From Nitrospirota bacterium (GTDB lineage Bacteria; Nitrospirota; Nitrospiria; Nitrospirales; NS-4), in contig CAWBGA010000002.1 of assembly GCA_963788195.1 (NCBI GenBank), forward strand, positions 128,001-192,000: a DNA stretch of 64,000 bases, given 5' to 3'. The translations under genes and the position numbers were made by a program. Shown in pieces: positions 1 through 8,625 of this stretch. The notes beneath the pieces were generated by a model. That model did no database searches and had not been told where the DNA came from. It saw only the letters and a program-made list of their open reading frames with translations. Positions within the stretch are counted from its first letter, which is position 1; every line of letters begins with the position of its first letter.

Positions 1-486
1 GAAGATGTTGGGCCGTTCCTGATCAAGCAATCCCGCTACTTTGCCACCGGAGCGTGCGGCGGCATAGATCGCTTGCGCCTCTTCCCGGCGCTTGATCTCA
101 GCCCGCACGAAGCGTTCGCCGACCAGCATGGTCATATTGTCCACCGCGGCATTCTGCGGCAAGGGAAACGTGTAGACCGCCTCGATCTTCTCCGTGGAGG
201 GATTTACAAAGTGTTGCGTGACGGTCGCCCGGGCTAGGAAGCCGCTGACTTCGATTTTGACATTGGTTTGCTTGAGGGGGCAAAACTCTCGTAAACGGCC
301 GTCGGCCTCGAGACTCACCAACGAGCCTTGAGTAATCACCGAGGCTTGAGTCATAGAGCCACGCGGTGGTGACGGCAATCGCTGCTTCTGTGCCCAGCTC
401 AACTGGGCCCCGCCCAATGCCGCGATGACGGTCGTGAACATGAAAACAAGTGCCCAATGGATCTGCGGAACGGTTAGTCGCTTCAT
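1..486 (-). CDS. VIT (vault protein inter-alpha-trypsin) domain protein, probably VIT-vWA, secreted; runs off the window start
   Basis: Not in the ORF track. Manual translation from ATG 486 (AGGAGG RBS upstream) gives MKRLTVPQIHWALVFMFTTVIAALGG...CPLKQTNVKIEVSGFLARATVTQHFVNPSTEKIEAVYTFPLPQNAAVDNMTM...AGLLDQERPNIF, a typical VIT signature. Confidence 0.85.
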   Translation of the reverse strand, partial: MKRLTVPQIHWALVFMFTTVIAALGGAQLSWAQKQRLPSPPRGSMTQASVITQGSLVSLEADGRLREFCPLKQTNVKIEVSGFLARATVTQHFVNPSTEKIEAVYTFPLPQNAAVDNMTMLVGERFVRAEIKRREEAQAIYAAARSGGKVAGLLDQERPNIF

Positions 487-606
487 GGTCGCCTCCTTTT
501 ACTACCTACATGTGGCGACCAGAGGGATCCTTTCAGCAGTTCAAAAATATCGGACCGAACTCAGACGATTGTTACGTTTTTTTGTCGGTGAGAGCGCAGA
601 GGGGCT

Positions 607-1896
607 TCACTGATGCTTCAAGGTGATCTCTACCCTTGTGACAGAAGCTGCAGCGGCCTTCGCCGTCGGTGGGGCCTGCGTTATGCTGCGATCCCGGTTG
701 GCAAGGCCTCCTACCACGCCGGTTTCGGTCTGTTTCTGGAGGGGCGTTTCTTGATCCAACAAACTCCGAACGTCGGCCAGGCGCGTCTGCGAGAAGACGA
801 TCGTCACCCGGTGATCGATGGGTTTTTCAAAGGTAAAAGCGCTGGTTGGGGGAACGAGATAGCGCACCATTTTCTCCACGCGGGCCGTTTCTCCTGTCTC
901 ATCCGAGGGGAAAAGGATCTTTACATCGCCTGTGGGGCCCCGCGTCAGCACATAGAGATAGCCGCTATCCCGGGGCTCAAGGGCAAGTCGCACCCTATCG
1001 CCGGCCTGAAAAGTCGTCGCCGCATCGACGGTCGAATAAGTTCCTTCAGATTCTTCGCGCAGAACGGAGTACCGGATATTGAGACTCGGAGATTCAGTCT
1101 TCATGGTGTCCTCAGGCGTGACCGCCCGGCCCGCCATCGGCGAGGAACGCCTGACGTCCTCGCGTAGCTTCGCCTTTCGTTCGGGAACCTGCTGCTTGTC
1201 TGCCGTCATCTTGTTGGCTTCCGGTTTGTCCGCGTCGCCCGCACCAGACAACGATTTGTGTTGAGATGGCTCGGGTGGCGGCTGTTCCAGGCCTGCGTAC
1301 TGCTCCTGCTGCTTTTTTTCAGGTGGCGCTGCCGGCGCCAAAGCCGGTACTTCCTCTTTCTTCATCGGGTCGGCAGGTATCGTGACATTGGATTTCGGTT
1401 GCTCGGGAGGAGACTGTGTTCGCTCCTTCAGTGGGATGGCAGGATCGAGTTTTCGGCCTGGGAACTGATCGCCCGACTTCGGAGGTGAAGGGGAATCGGG
1501 TGCGGAGGCGACCGGAGGATTGGCGTCGGTTGTCAGCTGGGGCACCTGGGTAGGCAACTCTACGAGATGAACCACCACAGTCACGGCGAGAAGGGCAACA
1601 ACGGCACCGCCCGTGACCGCCCAAGACGATGGCTGCTGGTACCATGGCTGCTGGAACCATCCCTGCAGTTTTCCGAGCCAGGTGACCTCTGATTGTTTCT
1701 CCTTCAGCGCTTGAACGAGCAGCCGGCGGGAGCGAGGGTCATCAAGCAGCTCCTTTAAGGCCTGCTCGTCAGCCAGGGCATCGAACAGCCGTTGGTTCGT
1801 TAACGCCGCCTCAAAGAGTTTCGTGCGCTCTTGATCAGTCAGCGAATTGGTGGCAAACCCGCCGAGCAGTTTCTCAACGTCGTTGTCCGGCGTCAC
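607..1896 (-). CDS. Putative anti-sigma factor: N-terminal domain, one TM helix, Pro-rich linker, C-terminal DUF4384-like domain
   Basis: Overlaps the sigma factor stop codon. TM segment WAVTGGAVVALLAVTVVVHL; C-terminal FQAGDRVRLALEPRDSGYLYV..LFP resembles DUF4384. Confidence 0.65.
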   Translation of the reverse strand: MTPDNDVEKLLGGFATNSLTDQERTKLFEAALTNQRLFDALADEQALKELLDDPRSRRLLVQALKEKQSEVTWLGKLQGWFQQPWYQQPSSWAVTGGAVVALLAVTVVVHLVELPTQVPQLTTDANPPVASAPDSPSPPKSGDQFPGRKLDPAIPLKERTQSPPEQPKSNVTIPADPMKKEEVPALAPAAPPEKKQQEQYAGLEQPPPEPSQHKSLSGAGDADKPEANKMTADKQQVPERKAKLREDVRRSSPMAGRAVTPEDTMKTESPSLNIRYSVLREESEGTYSTVDAATTFQAGDRVRLALEPRDSGYLYVLTRGPTGDVKILFPSDETGETARVEKMVRYLVPPTSAFTFEKPIDHRVTIVFSQTRLADVRSLLDQETPLQKQTETGVVGGLANRDRSITQAPPTAKAAAASVTRVEITLKHQ

Positions 1897-2423
1897 TGTT
1901 TCTTTCCTTCCCGTTTATGTTCCCAGGCGCCGCCCATCCTCTCAAGCAGTTGCTTTCGGCATCGAAAGTCCCAGGTATAAATGGTATTGATTGAGCTTAC
2001 CCTGAAGAGCTTTTGGATCTCTTGAAAAGTTTTCTCTTCGAGCTTCCACAAGAATAATTGCCGGCAACGCGTGCCCAGACTGTCGATCGCCTTCATCAGT
2101 TGTTCGAGCAGCTCTTTGCGCTCTGTTTCGATCCCGGGGTTGCCCTCTGTATCCGCTACCTGAATCTCATCCAGCGATACTTGGGAATGCTCGGCCCGGC
2201 GCAATGACTTCCGGCGCGTCTCCCAAATCTTATATCGAAGGATTTGAAAGGACAGCGGTACGAGTTCTTCCAACCGCGTCACCTGGCCGTACTTCTCGTG
2301 AAGCACAATCATGACTTCCTGGGCGAGATCTTCCGCCACCTCCTTCGATAATCGAGATGCCGCGAAGCCAACGATCCTTTCACGGAGCTGGGAAAGAATC
2401 TGTTCCCGGTCCATTGGAACCAT
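1893..2423 (-). CDS. ECF RNA polymerase sigma factor
   Basis: Region 2 motif AEDLAQEVMIVL; region 4 AIDSLGTRCRQLF..KTFQEI; 176 aa. Confidence 0.85.
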   Translation of the reverse strand: MVPMDREQILSQLRERIVGFAASRLSKEVAEDLAQEVMIVLHEKYGQVTRLEELVPLSFQILRYKIWETRRKSLRRAEHSQVSLDEIQVADTEGNPGIETERKELLEQLMKAIDSLGTRCRQLFLWKLEEKTFQEIQKLFRVSSINTIYTWDFRCRKQLLERMGGAWEHKREGKKQ

Positions 2424-2517
2424 GGTAGCCGAACCCGTAGCCCATTTCTATGAAGCGGGGGCCCCAGCTCTAAGTGGCTATTGTCAAGGTTGAGGGAGCC
2501 GGTATACAATTTCCGCC

Positions 2518-2796
2518 ATGAATCCCTCGCGTCCACGCAACCCCGGAAGAATGCCGCCGGTTCCACCTGGTTGGAAGAGCCCCGCCGCCGGGCGACCGCC
2601 ACAGCAGGAGCAGTTCCGGTCCTTTCAGGCGTCGGCCCTCTATTGCCCCAAGTGCCGTGAGGCCACGCCGGTCAGGGAGAGGCTCCTCCTGGTCCTTCCC
2701 GACGGCAATCTTTTCGAGTACCGTTGTGCGCGATGCGGGACGTCGACAGGATCAAAAACCGAAAAAAACCAAAAGGACATTCGTATTATTTACTGA
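2518..2796 (+). CDS. Small zinc-ribbon protein
   Basis: CPKC...CARC cysteine pairs. Confidence 0.65.
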   Translation: MNPSRPRNPGRMPPVPPGWKSPAAGRPPQQEQFRSFQASALYCPKCREATPVRERLLLVLPDGNLFEYRCARCGTSTGSKTEKNQKDIRIIY

Positions 2797-2917
2797 ACCC
2801 GTGCTCCGTGGCATTTTAAACCGGCGCAGGCCCTAAGTTTTGAGTTGCCGATAACGTCGGCATTTTGTATACTCCGATGCCCCAAACAGACATTGGTCAT
2901 CTTCAAGGAGGCCTCTT

Positions 2918-3109
2918 GTGAAAGCACTACTCGCCGGCATCCATTCGTTCTTAGTGTTTTTGAGCACCGTGGCGGTCGCGTTTGCTGAGGAGGCTGCCGC
3001 AGAAGGAGCACCGGGCGGGTATGATTCGACCGCCTACGTATGGATAGCCCTGATCGTCATCATAGTGATCTACGGAATATACGATTCCTTCTTCAAGCCG
3101 GTTGACTGA
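2918..3109 (+). CDS. Small membrane protein (signal peptide plus one TM helix)
   Basis: AGGAGG RBS before the GTG start; two hydrophobic segments. Confidence 0.6.
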   Translation: MKALLAGIHSFLVFLSTVAVAFAEEAAAEGAPGGYDSTAYVWIALIVIIVIYGIYDSFFKPVD

Positions 3110-3510
3110 AGCGGGCTGATCGACGGCTCGTACAGGACCTGAATGGTATTTCCATCGGGGTCCGCAAGATAGCAGGAATAACTCCCGTCTCTATGCTGTC
3201 TTGGCGCTACGCGAATATGAGCGCCGTTCTCTGTCGCCCATCGCGCCCAGGCGTCCACCGCTGACGGCGTTTCCGCAATGAATCCGAAATGGTCGAGGGC
3301 ATCGCTGCTTCTGGCCTCTTGGGCGTCTTCCGTTACTTCGTGCAGGGCAAGGTTATCCGTTCCCGAGCTCAGGTAACAGTTCTTGGCATCGGGTTCCCAT
3401 ACCACCTTCATCGAAAAAAACTTCATGTAGAAGTCTTTTGCTTTATGAATGTCTCGCACACGGAGCGCGAGGTGCCGCAAGCCTTGGAGCGAGGGCCGGT
3501 CAGTTGACAT
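3070..3510 (-). CDS. VOC/glyoxalase family protein
   Basis: LRHLALRVRD..FY, DHFGF, YLADPDGNTIQV. Start placed at the internal ATG with a GAGG RBS. Confidence 0.85.
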   Translation of the reverse strand: MSTDRPSLQGLRHLALRVRDIHKAKDFYMKFFSMKVVWEPDAKNCYLSSGTDNLALHEVTEDAQEARSSDALDHFGFIAETPSAVDAWARWATENGAHIRVAPRQHRDGSYSCYLADPDGNTIQVLYEPSISPLQSTGLKKESYIP

Positions 3511-3634
3511 GGTAACCTCTTCGGACGCCATCATAGCGGAATGCGCGGACTCTGAGAAGCTCAAGTGGCGGCGCGTCGGAGCCGAGAGACCGTAAAGTCT
3601 TGCGACAGGTCGTTCACTCTGGCATGATAAACCT

Positions 3635-4645
3635 ATGCAGAATTGGAACCGGCCCGATCCTTTGACTCGGGATCTGATTCATCTGATCAATGCCAGGCGG
3701 CACGATCATTGGGATGCCGATGCCGCGTTCGACACCCTTGCGGACCTGATCGAGCAAAATCGTGAAGATGAGATTCTCACAGTGTTGGCCGCTCTCGATG
3801 AGGACATGGCGGAGTGGTTATTTGATCTTCTGGCCGAGGCCGCGTCGACGGATGTTGATTCTGAAAGTGATGGGCCCGATTCCGCTGTGTCGATGCTCAC
3901 ACTGGCGCTGCCGCTGCAGGCAAATTTCGGGCAGCCTTTGCGGCTTATCGTCGACCCCGAGGAGACTGTCGCACTGCTTCTGAAACATCTGCGTCTTCCG
4001 CAGACTGCGCAGATTGCAGTGGAAGCCAAATTGCTCACGGACACAACTCTTGACCGTATCAGCCTGCAAGCATTGCACGCGCATGTCGCCTCCCTCTTTC
4101 GGCCTGAGCGGTGGCCTCCCTTGGCGCCGCGCCTGCATCTTCCAGTCGAGCATACGGTGTATCTCCTTTTCGGGATTCGGGACGAAGCCGAACCGACGGT
4201 CCCCGAAGAAATGGCTGATGCCGACAAGGAAGCTCTGTTGGCGGGCCTTCGGGCGCAATGTGCGGATCTTGCGACGGCGCCTCACCTCATTGAGACACCG
4301 GCGTATGCCGCCTATGCTCTATTCGATGCCAAGAACGCGGTTGGACTTCAGCGGTTGGCGGATGAAACCATTGCCGTATGGCGGGAGCTGACGCCTGCCC
4401 TGCGTGGCCGGGTGATCGTCCATCTTCATACGCAGTGCGGAAATGGCGTCTACATGCCGGTTTGGACCGACCTTCTGGACCCGGAAACGGCCGAAGAAGA
4501 CGGGCCGCTTTGGACGTCACCTGATGTTTGGGTTTTTACAGCAGACCTGCCGATAGAATGGCCCGGCGAGGTGCTTACGAACCGGCTCCTGGCAGAAGGC
4601 TGCACACGGTTTGAAAACCACATCGTCGAAACCACGGAAAACTGA
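3635..4645 (+). CDS. Hypothetical acidic protein
   Basis: 336-aa ORF with protein-like composition; no motif recognised. Confidence 0.6.
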   Translation: MQNWNRPDPLTRDLIHLINARRHDHWDADAAFDTLADLIEQNREDEILTVLAALDEDMAEWLFDLLAEAASTDVDSESDGPDSAVSMLTLALPLQANFGQPLRLIVDPEETVALLLKHLRLPQTAQIAVEAKLLTDTTLDRISLQALHAHVASLFRPERWPPLAPRLHLPVEHTVYLLFGIRDEAEPTVPEEMADADKEALLAGLRAQCADLATAPHLIETPAYAAYALFDAKNAVGLQRLADETIAVWRELTPALRGRVIVHLHTQCGNGVYMPVWTDLLDPETAEEDGPLWTSPDVWVFTADLPIEWPGEVLTNRLLAEGCTRFENHIVETTEN

Positions 4646-4663
4646 GCGTTCTACTCTGTGCTC

Positions 4664-5539
4664 TTAAGTCGCGCTGGGCGAGGGATTTGTCGAAGCATCT
4701 TCAAGCGATTCTAAGAGATCTTCCGGCACCTTCAAGTTTCCATAACCGCTGCCCACAAGCAGTTCCGGTTTTGAATCTCCATGAAAATCGCTCCCCCCGG
4801 TACTAATCAGCGAATGCTCTCGAGCTATGCTTCTAAAACGGTCTGCTTGTTGGGTTGTGTGGCTGCTGTGAAGCGTTTCAAGGCCCCCGAGTCCGGAACT
4901 CTTTAGTTCCTCACATAGCTCATTCGTCGAAATCTTTAGGCGGCTGTACATCGGATGAGCCAGAACAGGGACACCACCGATATCGCGGATGAGCGAAATC
5001 GCATCTTTCGCGGTCGGCAGTGGCCGGTCTACATACGCGGGACCGCCGTCGGCAAGGTACAGATCAAATGCGGCCGTGACGCTATTCACGTATCCCTTTT
5101 TCACCATGATCTGAGCAATGTGCGGCCGGCCGATGGTCGCGGCTCCCGCATAGGTCTTGACCTCCTCGTAGGTCAGATCCAGACCGAGATCGCACAATCG
5201 CTCGATGAGCTTCAGATTGCGACCCTCCCGGCTCAAGAGGTATCCCGTCAGGGCGGGTTTCAGACGGGGATGGGCGGGGTTAATAAAGTACCCGAGAATG
5301 TGCAGCTCTGTATTGTGATGCGTGCAGCTGATCTCGATGCCCGGGATGATCCTGATACCGAGCCGTTGCCCCGCGGCTATTGCCTCCGGCAATGCATCTA
5401 CTGAATCGTGATCGGTCACGGCAAGAGCCGAGACACCCTGCTGTTTGGCGAGTTGGACTAGTTCTGTCGGGGAGAGACTGCCGTCTGAAGCAGTGGTGTG
5501 GGTATGGAGGTCAATCCGTGCCAATGAACTCTCTGCCAA
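4664..5539 (-). CDS. PHP-domain metal-dependent phosphoesterase (YciV/TrpH-like)
   Basis: DLHTHTTASDG, AVTDHD, GIEIS, HILGY, LAHP and TGGSDFHG motifs. Confidence 0.92.
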   Translation of the reverse strand: MAESSLARIDLHTHTTASDGSLSPTELVQLAKQQGVSALAVTDHDSVDALPEAIAAGQRLGIRIIPGIEISCTHHNTELHILGYFINPAHPRLKPALTGYLLSREGRNLKLIERLCDLGLDLTYEEVKTYAGAATIGRPHIAQIMVKKGYVNSVTAAFDLYLADGGPAYVDRPLPTAKDAISLIRDIGGVPVLAHPMYSRLKISTNELCEELKSSGLGGLETLHSSHTTQQADRFRSIAREHSLISTGGSDFHGDSKPELLVGSGYGNLKVPEDLLESLEDASTNPSPSAT

Positions 5540-5541
5540 GT

Positions 5542-5616
5542 GGGGTCAGAGTCGATTTTTCAAAGTGTATATCGTTCAAGGGGCTATATGCATGTGCGAA
5601 AATCGACTCTGACCCC
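5542..5616. repeat. Perfect 18-bp inverted repeat, REP-like hairpin
   Basis: GGGGTCAGAGTCGATTTT (5542-5559) pairs with AAAATCGACTCTGACCCC (5599-5616). Confidence 0.8.
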
Positions 5617-5621
5617 GATTA

Positions 5622-5713
5622 TGGCGGAGAGGGCGGGATTTGAACCCGCGACAAGGTTTTACCCCTGTGACGGTTTAGCAAACCGTTGCCTTCGGCCACT
5701 CGGCCACCTCTCC
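5622..5713 (-). tRNA. tRNA-Ser(GCT)
   Basis: Reverse complement GGAGAGGTGGCCGAGTGG...ACGGT-TTGCTAA-ACCGT, long variable arm, GGTTCAAATCC, CCA end. Confidence 0.96.
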
Positions 5714-5904
5714 GTCTCGGTATTTATGTCAGTTAAGCGAGTAATCCTACCATGACCAAACTGCCGCTGGATATACTTCAGATTCAGACTCTGTTGAACT
5801 TATCCGATACTACCCCACATCTTAAATGGAATGTGTGCAATTTCAGTACAACACATGGATCAGGAATTAATGCTTGTGAGGAAAGCGGCTTCTATGGATT
5901 GAGA

Positions 5905-6654
5905 TCAACCTTCTGGCAGAATATCGAGTGTTGGACGAGTGCGGTTACAGGCGACCTCGAAAGCTGCTCCAATTCGGTCCGGCCACTCGTCTTCTGTCCA
6001 TTGTCGAAGACATGAGACGAAGGCATCCCAACCAAACAAGAACGGCGCGACAGGAATCGCCCAGCACCACACAAAACGCCGAAGCCTTTCCGTCCGTGTA
6101 ATGAACAAAATCGGAAGCAGAATCCCCACAATCACGCCGCCTGGTACAAACACGAGTGAAAACAGCGTCCTTCGCAGGGATTCAAAGATTAGGATGCGGT
6201 CCGCAGAGTTTATGAGATTGACGAGGGCGGAGGAACGCACAGAGCCTGGAAGGTGGTGAAAGGACGACGACACAACCAGAAGGGTCCCGGGCTCCCATTG
6301 ATGGCGCTTTGAAAAATCACATGCAGTGTATTTTGCGATAATTTTTCCCGGATGAGCCTTTTCCAAAGCCTGATAAGCCTTGATGTCCGGTTTCTCGTCA
6401 CAGACAATCAACCGGAGAGCTTCAGACCGGCGATCCTTTACGAGTAGCTTGCTAAGAGGAGCGGTGCCTGCGGCCAGCTCCACAATGCTTTGATACTTCC
6501 CTTCTGTCGCAGTCTGCAGTACTTGGTCGGCCACCCACATGTTATAGGGTCGAAATAAGGTAGTACAGCATTCCAGTACCTCCCGCAGGGTATTCCGCAG
6601 GCCTGTCGGTAGCCACTGCAGGTCCATGAATTCGAAAAAATGAGGAAGAGGCAT
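5905..6654 (-). CDS. Class I SAM-dependent methyltransferase-like protein
   Basis: IVELAAGTAP (motif I), SSFHHL, ILIFE, WDAFVSCLR. Confidence 0.7.
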   Translation of the reverse strand: MPLPHFFEFMDLQWLPTGLRNTLREVLECCTTLFRPYNMWVADQVLQTATEGKYQSIVELAAGTAPLSKLLVKDRRSEALRLIVCDEKPDIKAYQALEKAHPGKIIAKYTACDFSKRHQWEPGTLLVVSSSFHHLPGSVRSSALVNLINSADRILIFESLRRTLFSLVFVPGGVIVGILLPILFITRTERLRRFVWCWAIPVAPFLFGWDAFVSCLRQWTEDEWPDRIGAAFEVACNRTRPTLDILPEG

Positions 6655-7445
6655 CAGAGCATTTGAGTCTGCGCTGCGCTCGGCGCGGGTTCTGCGGCTC
6701 GACTTTGGCCAAGTGTAAGGGCATCGCTGACGAACGCCTTGTAAGCATCTAGGGCCTTCTCTGCTGCTTGGACGAGGGGAGTGAGAAACTCGGGCCTGGC
6801 ACTCAAAAGTTTTCCTAACTGCTCTTCGTTAAACCGTGTGTGCGCCACATCGGCCTTCACATGCTCCTTGATAAAGCTGAGGCTTTGCAGAATAGCGGGA
6901 CCTAAGACATCAATGCACTTTTGAATCAAGCGCGGACCGTATTCGACTGAGATTCTCTCGATCTCGTATTCGATGGCAATCTGGCCATAGGGCGTATCAC
7001 CGGCAATGGTCTCCTCGTGCAGTTCTTGATACCTCACCACACCAGGCGTGGGGGGCAATCCCAATATTTTTTCGACGTCAAGATGGGGTGTTCTCCTCGC
7101 ATTCCAATTTGACACCAGCGCCCTCGTGTCTTCGATCATCATAAGATGGTGCCCGGCTTCATGCTTGGAGTGCGCTTTTAGAAACTTTCCAAGTTCCAAG
7201 AGACCGAGCTCTTCAGACCGCTGTCCCGCTCTCTTGATCCAGTCTTCGACCGGTTCTGTCATGCGGACCCCTAAGGCACAAAAATAAATGAGAAATAGTT
7301 CCCGAAGCACCGGATCGTCAAAGGTGAGAACATAAGTCAACGTAGGGTCTGTGGCCATTTTTGTTCGAGCCGGAAGAATGCTGGATTCATATCGGAGCAA
7401 GGCCGCCTCTGAAGACAGCAAGGCAGTTTTTGGTTTCAACCCCAT
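6654..7445 (-). CDS. Heme-oxygenase-like diiron (iron-containing redox enzyme) protein
   Basis: HEAGHHLMMIED, EYEIERIS and EHVKADVAH form an E/H ligand pattern; stop/start overlap with the methyltransferase. Confidence 0.6.
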   Translation of the reverse strand: MGLKPKTALLSSEAALLRYESSILPARTKMATDPTLTYVLTFDDPVLRELFLIYFCALGVRMTEPVEDWIKRAGQRSEELGLLELGKFLKAHSKHEAGHHLMMIEDTRALVSNWNARRTPHLDVEKILGLPPTPGVVRYQELHEETIAGDTPYGQIAIEYEIERISVEYGPRLIQKCIDVLGPAILQSLSFIKEHVKADVAHTRFNEEQLGKLLSARPEFLTPLVQAAEKALDAYKAFVSDALTLGQSRAAEPAPSAAQTQML

Positions 7446-7979
7446 ATGGTCTCCTTCTATGGCGCGCGTGGAATGTCCTTATACCGTATTCTGTGAATCT
7501 GCAGCAACGCAAAATGTGCTGCAGCTGGCGATTGCCCGTTGCTTCTCGAACCAGGGAATCTTTTAATCTTGGCCTGCGGGTCGGCTACGGAGGAGAAGGA
7601 CTATCCAATTGCACCCCACTTCGCTGTCAGACACCGGAGCACAGTCCTAAGCCGGAGAGCAAGCCATGAGCCTCCGGGTCACACTCGCGGCGGCTACCGG
7701 TTCGATATCACTAGTCGCGGGAACGGCTCCGCTTTCTGGTCGCGATAAACGAGTAGACTACTTGCTCTTCTCGCCCTATCATTGCGGCTAGTCCATTAAA
7801 TCGGCTCGATTTGCTAGCATTCCAAGATTACCGTCCAGGCGACTAGGAAATCCTCAGCCCTGTCACGGGACGCTCCTGAGAACGGTGCGCTTTTTGAGAC
7901 GATCGATTGGCAATTTGGGTGTATTCTCTGAGGCTGTAACACATTGCCGTGACATCGGCGCTTACATGAACAGGGACCT

Positions 7980-8519
7980 ATGGGGTTGACTCCTGAAGAG
8001 GTAGATGCCAGCAACCTTGACAGCACGTACAATTCTCTTCTCACGCTCTGGACCTCAGGGATTCGTGACTACCATAGCCTGCTCTCCGATTATTTGACCG
8101 CCAATTCAATCTTTATCGCGGCTATTGGATTCCTATTTGCCCGGCAGCCCGTCACTCTCCTCTTTAGCATTGTGACTATCATGCTGTGCCTGTTCGGGAT
8201 TCTCATGTCGCTGCAAATGGCAATCGTAGTGGGGCGCTTTTCGATCCAGAATTTCATCTGGGAATGGCGGCTTCGGGGCATTGAACAATCCCCAAACTGG
8301 CGCAAGCCAACATTATTCCTGGATATGCATCGATTTCGTGATCAACACACGCCATTAGAACAATGCGGCTCTGATCCGCCGACCGTGTACCCGTCGTGGG
8401 CGATCCGTCAACACCGTCAGTGGTGGGCACGCCGAGCAATCAGTTTCCCGTTATTCTTTGGCCTTGTTTATGGACTGCTTGCCCTGTGGGGGCTCACCCA
8501 GCTCTTTGCTCAGCCGTAA
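7980..8519 (+). CDS. Hypothetical membrane protein, about 3 TM
   Basis: Three hydrophobic segments; 179 aa. Confidence 0.6.
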   Translation: MGLTPEEVDASNLDSTYNSLLTLWTSGIRDYHSLLSDYLTANSIFIAAIGFLFARQPVTLLFSIVTIMLCLFGILMSLQMAIVVGRFSIQNFIWEWRLRGIEQSPNWRKPTLFLDMHRFRDQHTPLEQCGSDPPTVYPSWAIRQHRQWWARRAISFPLFFGLVYGLLALWGLTQLFAQP

Positions 8520-8625
8520 GATTCAATGAAGGTTAGTGCCGTGAGCTGTGACAGAACGAGTGACATTTTCATGCGCAGCTGACAGGACGGTAACAAAAAT
8601 TCCCACCGCCGTACGAAGCAGTTCG

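Noticed and set aside
98..457. 119-aa minus-strand ORF in the track
   Set aside because: Wrong frame; the real gene is the VIT protein starting at 486.
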